DNA of 64,000 bases, taken from the NCBI GenBank assembly GCA_965113315.1, contig OZ220366.1; one strand, given 5' to 3'. Position numbers and translations under genes: made by a program. This DNA comes from Podarcis vaucheri. Its lineage: Eukaryota. The notes under the pieces were generated by a model, which had not been told where the DNA came from, searched no databases, and was given only the letters and a program-made list of their open reading frames with translations. This document shows positions 13,914 to 27,375 of this stretch, piece by piece; position 1 is the first letter of the stretch, and every line of letters starts with the position of its first letter.

Positions 13914-16900
13914 TTGCAAATTATGACACAGTCCCCAGAGTACAGTGGTTTGTTAACAGTACAACTGTTAGTGTTCTAAGCAGTTTATGCAATCTAGCAA
14001 GGTCAAAATGACCGTGAACTGTGCAGAGAGCTGTTTGTATAATTTCCTTGCCAATAGGGATTATGTGAGAGTTCGGCTGAGCTTGGCTTGGACCTGAGTC
14101 CAAACTGGATTTGAGCCTTCCAATCTATAAACTTCCATTTCTGGGCCTTCCAGATACTAGCACTTAGCAAAGGAACCTGCCTTATTAATTTCTTCCGTTC
14201 CGATGCAAGCTAATTCACTGTGAAGCAGCTCCATCCACTAGCACTGAGACGGTGTGTGAGAGGAGAATCACTGCAGGTATAAAATGGGAGAGAGGCCTGA
14301 CTCCCTTGATCCTCAGTGGGGCTATCCACAGACATCTAGCTTTTGGTTTCCAACCCCAGATTTGCTCCACAACACACACACATACATCAATTCCCTTAGG
14401 AACTAAATACAAATACCCCTTTGGGAAGTGAGGAGGTTCCTGACAATGGCCCTCAGACTGGCTCAATACAATTACTTGAGCATGTATCATTTGGGGCAGC
14501 AAAATTCCATGTTCATACAAGAAGACCTTCTGAAAGCTCACTAATTTATACTTGCCACGTGGATATAAGTTTTCGTGATTCTGTGTATTCTCTCAGATGG
14601 TTGTGTTGTAAATTGTGGATATATGAAGGTCTCATGTATGTACTTTGGCACAGGAGTTTCATAAACTGTGGATCAGCTTCCAAGAACATATCTTTACTTG
14701 GTATGTGGATGGTCTATAATCAAGAAAGCACTATTGAGTTGTCTCAACAGTGGTGATGAAAATAAAGGTGGCCCCTAATATATGCAAGACCATTTATTAT
14801 ATGATGTCACAGCAGAAAAAGTCCTACTCCTCATAATTTCCAAAGGTGGTGACAGACCAGGGCTTTCTCCAAAGATCTAGAAGGGTGGGGAAAATGGTAT
14901 GTATGGAAGCAGATAGTCACTGGGAATTAAAGATGGTTGATATGGAGGCTTGAAGCAAAGAATAGGGCATGGCACTGTCTTGATCTGTTGTATGGATCTG
15001 TTTGGGGTAGGGGGATAAGAATGACCAGCTTCAAGCTGAATCCATGCTGCTTAGCTATAGAATTTAGCGCCTAGTTTAAAGGAGCATAAATCCATACCAC
15101 CCAGCATCCTATGCATATGTTCCTATTTGTGAAGAGAAATTGGTTGTGCACACATGGATTTCCATTGCAAACAGAATGTCGCAATCTCTCTTTGATTTCA
15201 ACTTATCATTTGCTCATGCCTTTTTAGTCTTGTGACTTACAATTTGAATTAGGAATGTTCATAAAAGAATGCTACAAGATAAAGTGGGGGGAAATAACTG
15301 CTTTGATAATCATTCCTTCTAAAATGGCTAAGCATTCCCATCTGTGCATGTGTACTACAGTTTCTTACTAGTGAATCATGTATTTTTTTCCCCTACCAGG
15401 GGAAAAAGCTACTTTCATTTTCGGTGTCTTTTGAAAATAATATTTTCAAATGTAACGGTGCACAAAGCATAACACGTAGCATAACATTCTTTGTTCATTT
15501 TTATGCTGAGCTTTTACTTCTATATAAGTACAAGATGAGAATATATTTCTGGAACTTTTATGGAGTGGCATCCACTTCATGGACAGAGATTATGTAGATA
15601 CTAATCTAGATATTACAGTGACGAGCTCTTTTAAAATGTGTATTCAGTGGTAAAGGGCTTCCAGATGTCATCAAATAACTCTTCTCTGTTCTTCAGTCTA
15701 AATGTGATGATCTCAGAGGAAGCAATGTAAGACAGGCATGTAAACCATTCCGTTTTACTTAAAGAGCATTGTCTTCCCCAGATTTTCTTCCTTGTTCTTT
15801 CTTTCTTTCTTTTTTTGCTGCTTTTGGTTCATTTATCAACAAACTTTTCCATTTTCACCCTACATCTTTGCTATCCAAAATTTATTTCATTGCATTGATG
15901 CATGTTCATATTTTTAAGTACAGTACACATTTGTTAATAATTTCCCATGCACAGTGTGTCTTGTTTTGAGGTTGCTGTTCTCTTGTGAGAATATTGCGCT
16001 TTACAAGCACAGTCCTGTGAATGTGGGGAAATGCCCCAAAATGTTCATTAATTGACTGCTATGATTTTTATGTGGACTGCTGCTGTTCAGGTGTGATAGG
16101 TACCTGTTGGGTTTTTCTTTTGACAAGATAGCTATGTGCGCCACAGTGTCCCATTCTGCCACCATTTTGTGAGATATATTTTTTTTAAATTGCTTTGGAG
16201 ATTTTTGCTTTGTTATGTGGTGAATGACCTTGTGAGTCAAGTATAGAATATTTTGTCTACTCTTAGAATTTCCCCTCTAAAGATAAAATCATTTATACTC
16301 ATTTATACTCTTGCGACTGCCAATTTAAATACAGAATCAAAATTTATACATGAAGCTTTTCAGAGGTTTCAGTCTAATCCTGTGAATGAATTCCGTTACT
16401 ACCCTGGACTTAGCAGCAACCCTTCAGATTCATTCTACAATTTCATTGTTTTCAATGAAGGAAACCCATGTTGTATTTAATTCTCAAGTGGCAAGAAGCA
16501 TTGATGGGGGGCAATTTAATTATCAGGTTTGGAACCTTAGTTTTGTTTAGCTTTTGCTTGTTACATTTTAATCAAAAACCCTACTAGAAGATTCTATACT
16601 TATCATTTATGTGTAACCTCTAAGGCAAGTTTTATTATATTCTATTTCAAAATAATTACCTACCTTCTCTTAAGAGTATTCTTACATTATCTTGCACTTC
16701 CATAGTATACAATCACATTACAAGTGTTCAAGTCATATTGCAAATTCAAGAACATATTTTAGCTTTTTTAATTGCATTTTTTCTCTTGGTCTATTTTATA
16801 AATATCTTTCCTATCAATAAAAGATATCTTTTATATAAATATAAAATATATCTTCTTTTAAAAATATGTTTTTGAACTAGTATTAGAAGGTAGGTAGGGT

Positions 16901-18149
16901 GTATTTTGAAAAGCAAATTGTGAAAACGCATTGCATGGCTTTTGAAAGTCAGTACACTCTATTAGCAAATCTGTCAATATAAAAAGTGCATTCCATTTCC
17001 ACCTCTTGCTCTAATAACCTTTTCTATGTTACTCACAGGCAGTTCACATAATCAGAGTATATTGTCAGCTTACTGGAGTTGGGGAAGCATGAAATGAAAA
17101 TCACGTTAATATTGATCCAATTCTTTCTTGCAAGTGTCCTTGATGTCCTTTGCTACTGAGCAGTAGCTATTTGTTATATTTGGGAAAATAACTCAGTTAT
17201 GACTATTCTTTGTAAACTGTATTCAAGCATAATTATTATTAATGTAGTTTTTGCTACTTGTCATTATTTTCTCATTTTCAATATTTTGTAATATAAGATC
17301 ATTAAATCACAAGTAATTACCTCCTTATTTGCTAGCCTTTGCTATATAATGAATGTCTGCAACTTAAGACATTATGTTAACTAATGAAAGGTATGTACAA
17401 TATGGGTTAAATTATCTGGACATATCCCTTATGAGATTTTCATTGACAAATGCTGCTTACAAGGTCAGATGTCATTGCTCTGTTCCACCATTACAGTACT
17501 GAATTTTCTTAAGTACAACACCTCTCAAAATGAAAATAACTACCAGTGTCTGGCATGTTTATTGGAAACCAGGGCAAAAAATGAATTCTCCTCATAATTA
17601 GTAGAATCAAATATTTCCTATTAGAATTGTTGATTGTGCTCTAAATCTATCTGTTTTTAACTTTAGATTGTGCGTATATCCTTTCTGTAGTTTATTTTTT
17701 ATACAGAGCTTAGAAAATCTAAGTGCCCAGTAATTGTATTCTTTTTATTTCAAATATACGTTACCTGCTATTTCTCCTCTTAATCCTTTTCTCCCTAGGT
17801 TTTTTGTTTGTTTGTTTTTTAAAGAATTCTTTTTCAACTCTGGAAAATTATGGAACTCTTAACAATTCATTAAGAGATGAGATTCTGTTGAGGGATTTTA
17901 TGCTTATGGGCATAATTCCTGTATGAATTATTACTACTACTATTATACTTTATTTTGTTATTTCTTCCTATGAATATCTTGACATAATTTCACAATAAAT
18001 TAAAAGTATATTTAAAACAGTTACATATATGCAAACAATTAAAAAAAACCCTGTATAAAAACAATTAATTATATATATATATATAATTTGAATTTCAAAT
18101 CCAATGCAGTTAGCAACTGATAATGGTGGCAATATACGACTGCAGTGAA

Positions 18150-18400
18150 TATTCAAACCACTACGTTTTGCACCAACTGCAGCTTCTGAGTCAGCCTCAA
18201 GGGCAGTCTCACTCAGAGCACATTATGGTAATCTAATTTGGAGGTAACCAGCAAATGGATGGCATTCGTCAGGCTATCCTAGCCCAAAAATGGCTGTAGC
18301 TGTCCTACCAGCCAAAGTTGGTAAAAGGAACTACCCACTGAAGTCTCTAGTGTTAGTGATCTAGGAGACTATGAACCTTTTCCAGTAGTTCAGTAAACAT
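18150..18400 (-). mobile_element. Decayed L2 LINE ORF2 fragment
   Basis: Minus strand reads FYQLWLVGQLQPFLG*DSLTNAIHLLVTSKLDYHNV, like the L2 post-RT motif (...LVTSRLDYCN). Confidence 0.7.
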
Positions 18401-18530
18401 TCAGGTAAGACTTTCAGCAAGACAAAATGGTAGGCAAGATTCAAGTAGGCCTCTGGTGAGGCAAGGCAAAGCCGATATTTAAGCAACAAAACATTAGTTT
18501 TGGGGAGGCTGTACAGCTACTGCACTAGCT

Positions 18531-18831
18531 GAGAGCCAGTGTGGTGTAGTGGTTAAGAGCGGTGGACTCATAATCGGGTGAACCGGGTTCGTGTCTCCGC
18601 TCCTCCACATGCAGCTGCTGGGTGACCTTGGGCTAGTCACACTTCTCTGAAGTCTCTCAGCCCCACTCACCTCACAGAGTGTTTGTTGTGGGGGAGGAAG
18701 GGAAAGGAGATTGTGAGCCGCTTAGAGACTCCTTTAGGATAGTGATAAAGCGGGATATCAAATCCAAACTCCTCCTCCTCTTCTTCTTCTTCTTCTTCTT
18801 CTTCTTCTTCTTCTTCTTCTTCTTCTTCTTC
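18531..18831 (+). mobile_element. Full-length tRNA-derived SINE (Squam3-type) with (CTT)n tail
   Basis: Head GAGAGCCAGTGTGGTGTAGTGG (A box) ... GGTTCG (B box); CORE-like GCTGGGTGACCTTGGGCTAGTCAC; (CTC)n(TTC)n tail from ~18769. Confidence 0.9.
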
Positions 18832-19154
18832 GCTCAGACTGGAAGCCAAAGCAAACCAGGATTCTCAACTGGGCTTACACACTGCAGTACACATTCTGGC
18901 CATTATTAGGGAGGTGCTATACAGCAATAACCAGCAGTTTCTTGGTTTGTGACCTGCCCTGATTCTTCCAAAACATTGCCCTGAGCCCTGCTGCTAGATC
19001 TGCAAGTTAGTGCCTGCTGGGACTTTGCAGTCTCATGATTGCATCTTTTTAATTGTTTACCGCCTGACATAGTTTTACTTTTACAATATTAAACAAGGAA
19101 GACATGCCAAATGTGTACGTTTTCTTGCTCTCATTTCATATCTCAGGTAATGAA

Positions 19155-19190
19155 TTCCAATGCGCTACCCATTGCGCCACAGAGCCGCAA
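19155..19190 (-). pseudogene. Retroposed 5' half of tRNA-Arg(UCU) with 4-nt leader (tailless retropseudogene)
   Basis: Minus strand TTGC+GGCTCTGTGGCGCAATGGGTAGCGCATTGGA equals nt 1-31 of vertebrate tRNA-Arg-TCT as I recall it (one mismatch); flanked by 17-bp direct repeats ATA(T/C)CTCAGGTAATGAA at 19138-19154 and 19191-19207. Confidence 0.85.
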
Positions 19191-22100
19191 ATACCTCAGG
19201 TAATGAAATGTGTTATCTCTTAAGAGTCAATTCATTAGTACCCTTGACTATAAACTGAAACAGGGACGTTATGCTAAAAAGCAACACAGGCTAAGATACT
19301 TTAATAAGAAATAAGAAACGTCGTATAAGTGTCCAAGAGAGTAGAACTTCACAAAAACATCTTTATTCTGTAAAAGATTTTTTAAATTAAATGCAGCATT
19401 TTATTGTGAAGCAGACAGACTTTAGTTATGTCAAAACACTCTTTTAGGAGCCACATAAAGCTGTAAAAGACGGTATATGAAAAGGCATTCTTTAAGAAAA
19501 GAAATCACCATCCCATGAAGCTGATTTCCAGATGTTTGGAAACATTAGAATTTCCTGTCAGTACATTTAGGTAACACTAAAATGAGTTAACTTTCCATTC
19601 TGCCAGCCCTCTTCAAAGATGAAAGAGAACTCTCTGCATAAATTGCCTTATCTATAATTCACTGAAGTAAGCTGTGGAATGAACTCTGAAAGACGCAGGA
19701 CTCTCCCTTGGCTTGTATCATGGCCTCTAAGCAAACTTTACTTTTATTTCCACTCTATTTTTAAAATGAAATTAGTGACCTTAAAAGTTGAATGGATGTT
19801 AATGAGTGATGATGTTGAGTGGTTTGTTTGAACTGAGTTATGTGCTTGTTTGAATTTTGTATTTGTATTTTTTTTTTTGGTTTTGCTTCTGCTTCTCAGA
19901 AAGTCTACCCATGTCTGAAATCAGCCACGTTATGAGTCTACATTTATTCAAGTAGCCTTGAACTGACTTCTTGTAAGCATGGACACAGCAGGTTATCTTT
20001 GAAGCTTAGCTTGCATACCTAGTACCAGCTGTGACCTGAAGAATCCAAATGAGAATTTACAAGTTTAAATGAAATTTGAGAGGAAAATATGGATGTTATC
20101 AAAATAAATGTTGACATGCCAAATACCGTTTTCAAAAGGCTCTCTGTCATTATATTTCATGCTTCTTGCTGTTTCATTGTACTTTAAAGAGAGAAAATAT
20201 TCTTTATAATGAGTGCACTCCTTATTCCACTGAATCAGAGGCCCCATTCCCTTTGATTTGATGGAATCTGGATTAATGCAGGTCTGTATCTTGGTCTATC
20301 TGCTCATAATATATACTGGTCTCAGGTGATTCCTTGAGTAGAATTTGTGTTTCATTGAAAAGGATTAAACTTTTAAACTCTTAACTGCAATTTCATACAC
20401 CCTTTAAAAAGAAAAGAGTGGTGCTCACATTTCCCTTGCCAAACACAAAGGAGGCCACCTATATGTTATTTACTAGATGGCATCTTCCACCGAGCAGACT
20501 GAGCCATTTACATTAGAGTTGTTCAAATTTACCTTGACAGAGCTGTGGTCAGGTTTGAATGTATCTCTATACATAGTATAGTCCAAAAATGCCCCAAACT
20601 ATTAAAATTCTGAAGGGAGATTCTGGCTCATATCAAAAGTGATATACCTTTCTTTTTGATCCATGGATAGGGCTCTTCAGTGTCTTTGTTTCAGAGATAA
20701 TTCATTGACTCAGTTACCCAGTTACTTACTGCAGCTAAATTTCAGACAGCAAAGGCATAGAAATGTATCAATACCTCCCAAATTAGAAACTGGTATGAAG
20801 AACTGTGGGATCTACTTGTCACAGGTAAAATTTAGTCTCGGATCAAGAGTGTGGCCAACCTATTTAATAAAAACCTTTTGGGGGGAATATTATCTCACTC
20901 ATGTTTTGCAGAAGACTAATGATACTGAACCCTATTTAATATATCTTAGAAAAAAAATGGCATGTTTAAGACTAACATGGTTTGCACCACTCCTCATATA
21001 TTTGTCCTTTATTTTTCTCATTTCCTCAGACATTATATTCTGAGTTAGAGTGTAGAATGATATTTCCCATCCTTTATTTCTATTTCTTTTATTCAAGATT
21101 TCAACTTTTGTTTCTTCTGTGGTTATTTACTTAGTGGTTTCCGCAAATAAAATGTTAGTAAAACAAGAGGCTAGTAAATTCCAATTCCTTTATCATGCCA
21201 TAGAACTTTTAGCTAGATTCTACTCAGAGTAGACCTAGCTTAGTGATGTTCATTAATTTCAATAGGTCTAGTTTGAGTAAAACTTAGCTGAATACCATCC
21301 TTCATTTTTAATTGTGGTTTTGGTAGCATCACAAGTGCTCTGTCAGATGTAAGCATCTTAGGAAAACATTTATTATTTCAACCATTTAAATTATGCACTT
21401 ATAACCAAAAAACAAAGCCAGAGCTGCTTTATTCTGCACTAGGCCCATATACTTACTTGTCAATATACTAGAGAAAGTGATTTGTAGATTTTTATCCAGT
21501 TCAGGTTTCAAACAGGAAACCAGTGTCCTTACGTAAGGTCCTAAATACAGGTACACAGGTCAAAGTTTTAAGGCTAGAATAAACTGCAAGGAACCTGGCA
21601 TCTGTAATCATTTAGGTGAACCAAACAGAGAGTAAAAATCAGTATGAGGGACCTGCTTTTCTCCTCTTTTGCATATTCTTTGCAGTGCAAATATAACCAT
21701 GCCAATTCAGGAGTAAGTCCTGTTGCATTCAGTGGGGCATACCCTTAGGTAAGGAAACGGGGGGGGGGGACACCCCAGTTTGTGCATTGTCACGTATGTG
21801 TACAAAAGAAACCTCGTGAGCTTGTAGCCCATGGTTTAGATCCAAAGAACCACACAACCCAGTCTACAGGTCTAAGGGACTTCAGTGCTTGTGTCCCTCA
21901 AACAATAACTCCTGTTTCTCATAGCAGCTTTTGAAACAAAGGATACTCGCAAAAGCACTTTGTGATATAACCTAGAGACTGGATTCTCATACTATCAACA
22001 GGGTTGCATTCTGGATTATCACCTTGTCTTACGAATCATAGTGAAAGGACAAAAAAATCCAGGATAATCAAGAAAAACATTCTTAGCCATTTTCCTGGGT

Positions 22101-23630
22101 CTTTTCTCGTGGCTTCCTAATCTTCAGATACTATCTTTGTCGAAGCTGGCAGCTTGTAAAAGCTACAAGGAAGAGATTTTTAAATTGCTTTCATATTTTT
22201 ACCTCTAATGAAACATGTTAAATAAGCATACTTAAGTTGCTGTCCTGACCCCACGATGGTACTGTCTTTAGAATGAGTTTAGGATGGTACGTAGGCCCCT
22301 CTTCACTAGCAGGGCAGGACTCTGCCATGGCAGAAGAACCAAGCAGCGCCGTAGCAGACAGAAAGCTACTGACACTTCTTCTCCCACTCCTGATAGAAGA
22401 CCCCACTCCTGAAGACCTCAAATGTGGCATGTCAGGGCGGAATGGCAGAGCCTTTGTGTGTATGAGATCCAAAGCTCCACAAATCTCCTGAGGACCCCAG
22501 ATGGTGCAGCAAAAAAGGAAAGATTCCCTCTCTCACTCACACACCTCTTCTGCCTTGGCTGGCTGCAGCTGACTGGGCTTTGGAATCTGCCACTCTGCAG
22601 CTCCCCAGTCCTTGATAGATTGCACTGTCTAGATGTTTCCCTGGTATTTGTATTATTTTAGAATAAATAAAATTATTTTTATTATATTTTAGAAATGCTA
22701 ACAATACGAAGCATATTTGCAATCTTGCCAGTGTACTTCTATAGAGAAATTAGAAATAATCAGCTTGTATCTTTTCTTTTGAGATCCTTTAAGGAAACAA
22801 AAAACCTTCAGGAGTATGCAATTAGAACATCTGTGACAGATCTGTTTTTAACATATTTCGTACTTCAGAATCCAAGGAAGTCTGGTGGTCTGTGGAACTT
22901 GCTTGTTAATTTCTTGATGAATGGGTACTGAGGCCAAGAAGTGCACTCAGTACGGCATGTCTTCCGAAGATAGATTATCTCAAATAAATTCTATTCCCAA
23001 TCAATTTTTGATTTGTTAGGTGTTAAACCACTTCTTTGTAAGGGCAGTGTTTATAAGCCTTGTAATGAGACAGCCTTCTGAGACATTACCTCTTCTTTCT
23101 GTAATTTTGATAAATGGAACTCTAATTCATAAAGGATACAGTGATTGAAGGGCAACTTTCGGTCTCCTACACTTTCATTTAGATAAATGCTTGGTATATT
23201 GTGGCAAACTGAGGTATACTCAACTGAGTGATAAATTTAAAGAACAGCCAAGCCAACAAGCTTCTATCAAACCAAAGCAGGCTAGTTTTATATGTCCTTC
23301 AGATAAATGTATGTTTAATATTGTAAAACAAAACTGATTTCAGAAAGATTTGTCTACATCATTAATCAGCACATTTGCCACATTCACCTGCGTGTCTAGT
23401 ACAGTACCTTTCTGCTACAATGCATTGTCAGATTGATGTGAGAGGATTACTGCCAGCAATGACAAGCTAGTTAAAAACAAGTTGGAGCCCAGCCTTCTGT
23501 TTTGAAGTTTACTACCATGCCTTTGTTCTCTAAGAGCACACATCCCCATGCATTAAAAGTTCTGGAAAGGCTGTTTTGAAGTGTATTTTTGATAATTGAT
23601 ATTTCCATCAGTGGATAGATTCCATCTGTT

Positions 23631-23801
23631 TAGGGTTGCCATATTTCAAAAAGTAAAATTCCTGACACTCAAAGTTGTTGTTTAGCTTTTTTTAGGAAGA
23701 CCCCAAAATTGTTGAGCTTTTTGGAGCTGTTTTCACTGCTTTTTCCATCGCATCCGAAAACCAGGGCATGTCAGGAATTTTCCTGACATATGGCAAGCCT
23801 A
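23631..23801. mobile_element. hAT (Blackjack-like) MITE just upstream of an NBEA acceptor
   Basis: Termini TAGGGTTGCCATA...TATGGCAAGCCTA; repeated TTCCTGACA subterminal motif; TSD degenerate. Confidence 0.7.
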
Positions 23802-23886
23802 ATTTGCTTTGTATTGGAAAACAGGTTGTTGAGACTGATCTAAAGACCTAACAGAATTCTAAAATGTTTGCAACCTTTTTTTATAG

Positions 23887-24030
23887 GCACTGAGGAAGAT
23901 GTCGTGAAGTCAAAGAAAACCTTCCGAAGCCAAGCTGTTGTCAATCAGAATGCTGAAACTGAGCTCATGCTGGAAGGAGATGATGATGCTGTCAGCTTGC
24001 TCCAAGAGAAGGAGATTGACAATCTTGCAG
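23887..24030 (+). CDS. NBEA: Neurobeachin internal coding exon, 144 nt, phase 1->1
   Basis: Acceptor cctttttttatag, donor CAG|gtaaaa; translates (G)TEEDVVKSKKTFRSQAVVNQNAETELMLEGDDDAVSLLQEKEIDNLA(G). Confidence 0.96.
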
Positions 24031-26899
24031 GTAAAAATCTTTTTTAAAAAAAGTTTGTTGTAAATAAATGATATAAAATTGAACTGATTTTCTAAACTTT
24101 GCTAACTGTGTCCTGTATTGGCATTTGTGTGAGATAGTGAGCCTTGTTGTTTTGGAAGCACTTGGTACAGATTGCAGAAGTTCCCCACTGTTTTCATCTA
24201 ATTTATCCTCACAACTTTATAAAATACTGATTAGTCAAAGATCAGATGAACCTGGGTGACTCATGTCCAAATCAATCATGCCATCTGTCATAATACACTG
24301 ATAAAAAAAGATTGATCTGTGTTTTAGAAAGTATATTTTGAGTGCAGTAAATTAGATGTATTAAAGGATTTTTATTGTGAAAATGTAACAAAAGGGAAAA
24401 TAAGATGTATCAGCCTGACCAGTTATGTTTAGAAGTATTCCCACCATTGTGAACATTTTATTCAGGCAGTGGGGGGTGATTTTGAAAACTTTCCCCATTT
24501 GGATTACAAGATTAGAAAACAAACCCCATGCCTGGGTTTGAATGACAAGACAAGCCAGATCATGGCTTGTTTCCTGACAGCATAGCAGGACCAGGACAAG
24601 CATATAACGCCTATGATTTCACTGGCGTGCACTATCACACTGCTTGTTTGCCTTAAATCATACTTTATTTTAACTATGGTTTAATGTGAGATGCAGACCA
24701 GGTCACTGCCAGTGAAGAGAGTTACAGGCTCATAGCAGTCTGCTGTATATATAGATCAGACAACATTTTCCATGGCTTCAGACTAAGCATGTTTTGGTAA
24801 ATAATAAGTATAATTTGTTCACAAATGCGGTTGTAATCAGAGTCCAGCTCCAGCACAGCAATTGGTCCTAACATAAAATGATTGCTGAAACAATAAATGT
24901 CATTAAGATCCTCTCTTAACGTAAAAGCAGTTAATTCTGGGGCATTAATGGTAGCTTCAACACTTGAAATGAGAAGTGGTGGAGAATCTCTTCCTGGAGA
25001 AAAGTATGGTTTAACAGATACCCCATACTTCTCTGTCATCTGTCTTGCATTCAGTGTAATTACTCCTTCCCATTTCCCCATACTAGTTAATATAGACAAG
25101 TTTTAGGTTAACTCACATTTTCTCCTAAAGTTCAATAGGCTGAAGGAAGCAGAAGGTGCTTGGCAGTTGTTAGAGATCAAAAGGAAACTTTCAGCTAAGC
25201 TTCGGATTCAAAGGGAAAACCTTTGTACCTATGTTTTACAGCAGACAGGTTTTAGTCTTGTGAATTCTGGTGGGTGTGCTGCAGGGGCAAGGGGGGAACT
25301 ATGCACATTCTGTGAAGTAAGTGTGAAAAATGACTTCACATTTTCAGGGTTGTTCTGACAGTTTCATATGATATGGAATAACAAAGTAGCTTATTGTAGC
25401 ACGGATGGAACAATATTAGATAACTGAACTGCTAAGTATTTATTTCATAATTAATTTGTATAAATATAGGCATGATACCTTAAGTATCAGACTACTAGAT
25501 TTACCACTTTATGAAGATACACTTTCAAAATCTGACCAAAAACAAACAAATTTCATTATTCCAGAAAATACTATGTAAAATTACGTTTTGCCACTTTTGA
25601 AATTGTAGTGAGGGATTGGGGTTATTCAACATGATATTTGTTAAGAAATGCCCACTTGTTCTGAAGAAAACCGATGTGATAGAAGACTACACAAAATAGC
25701 ATTCCTAACTAATGCAAAATCTACATACATTGGTTACATTTAATTTAACTGAAGTCTCGGTCCTGTTTCAGTGAATACAGCAGTAGCATAATTTATAGCG
25801 TTATGTAAAAGAGAGAGCCAGAGTTCCCCCAAACCTTCATTTGGGTAAATGCCACAAAACACCCAGCCGGTACTTCTAATCAATTTCTCATCGGTCTTCT
25901 CATTCCTACCTACTATTTTTGCAGCCCTTGCTACTGTCCTTTCTCCCTGCACAGCCTTTGCAGCTACCTCTTTTTCCTTTCTGCCCAACAATTACTGATC
26001 ATGTGTAGATACCTTTTACCCATACCTATGGTGAAGCCTTACAGTTTGTGCGTGAGTTGCCTAACAACTCACAGGCTCCCATGTTGCTACTCTGCATTTG
26101 ACACAGGAAAAGAGAAGGGCCATACCTCTAGAGCACATGTACACTGAGATTTCTGGTCATTTTCAAGTTTCACAGCTTGACTACTTTTTGTGTAAAACTA
26201 AAGTACATAGGAATGCTTTCATTTTCTTTAGTGTTAGAATCATGTGTGGCTGAAATCTTATTACGGTTAAATAGTGTTTAACATCTGATAAATGTTCTTA
26301 AGGTTTTAAGAACAAGAATAATGTAGCCACCTAATGAACTGCAGTCAACTTTATATAAAAAACTTTGTATTTCATCGCCTTATTTCATAATAATAAATAT
26401 TTCATAATTTTCTGTTTCAATTTTAGCTCCTAAATTTCTTCCCAGACTGTTCATTTCAAGAGGCAAGTTGCTTATTCATAAATCACTTGAGAAAAATCAA
26501 TAACTAGTAGTACTTTTTGGTGTCTAAAACTATGAATCAGCAGCATCTCAGTTTGCACAATTGTAGCGAATTGATTATTATTAACTTGTCTATCTGATCC
26601 GTTTATTTTTCTATGTCATAAATGTTTAAAACATGATTTTCATTAATTTTCTGAATAACAATTCTACTAACTTGTAGTTTAGAAGTATGCTCCTAGCATT
26701 CTGTGGTCATTTACTGACAGATAGTGTAAAGATAATAAGCGTTGGTTTGAACGTGGGGCTGAATATTGAATAATCAGTAACTTCTATAACAAGTGTGATC
26801 TGTAAAGCACTGCTTTATTTCTGAACACCAGAGATCTGGACTCCAACCCTTGATGGTGATTCAGAAATAGTAAACAAGGCCATCCACTAAATTTACAGG

Positions 26900-27090
26900 G
26901 ATATATGAAGCTGTCTTACACTGTATTAGACCACTGGCCTTTTTAGCTCACCACTATGCAAATGGGTTCTGCTTCTTCCAAGTCCCAGGCAGAGGTGGTT
27001 CTTCTGCCACCTGAAATCCTTTTCAGTGGAAGCAGTAGGGATTGAAGCTGGGACCTTCTGCATGCAGAGCATAGGCTCTGCACAGGAGTT
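26900..27090 (-). mobile_element. Degenerate tRNA-derived SINE
   Basis: GGGATTGAAGCTGGGACCTTCTGCATGCAGAGC is the reverse complement of a tRNA-like head with B box. Confidence 0.6.
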
Positions 27091-27214
27091 CCTGGTATTT
27101 CTTAAAAAGCGGGAGCGTTACAAGTCCCACTCTGCTGAGCCAGGCCTACTACTTTTCCTCTTGGTTCCATCTGTGGCTCCCAACCCTGCTCTCTCATGAA
27201 AGTATCTCCTATCA

Positions 27215-27375
27215 ACTATGATATGTGAGCAAGCCTACATGTTCTGAGGCAGTATTCCTGATTCTGGAGACAAGCCCCAGGGGAATACTGTTGGCTTGTT
27301 CCTTTTTTGTAAGATTCCCAGGGGACATCTGACTGGCCACTGTTCGAAAGAGAGTGCTGGACAAAAGATGGAGAC
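27215..27375 (+). mobile_element. CR1 LINE 3'-region fragment
   Basis: CATCTGACTGGCCACTGT...GTGCTGGACAAAAGATGG resembles squamate CR1 3' UTRs. Confidence 0.45.

Noticed and set aside
18667-18909. Poly-E and poly-F ORFs
   Set aside because: Translations of the SINE (CTT)n tail
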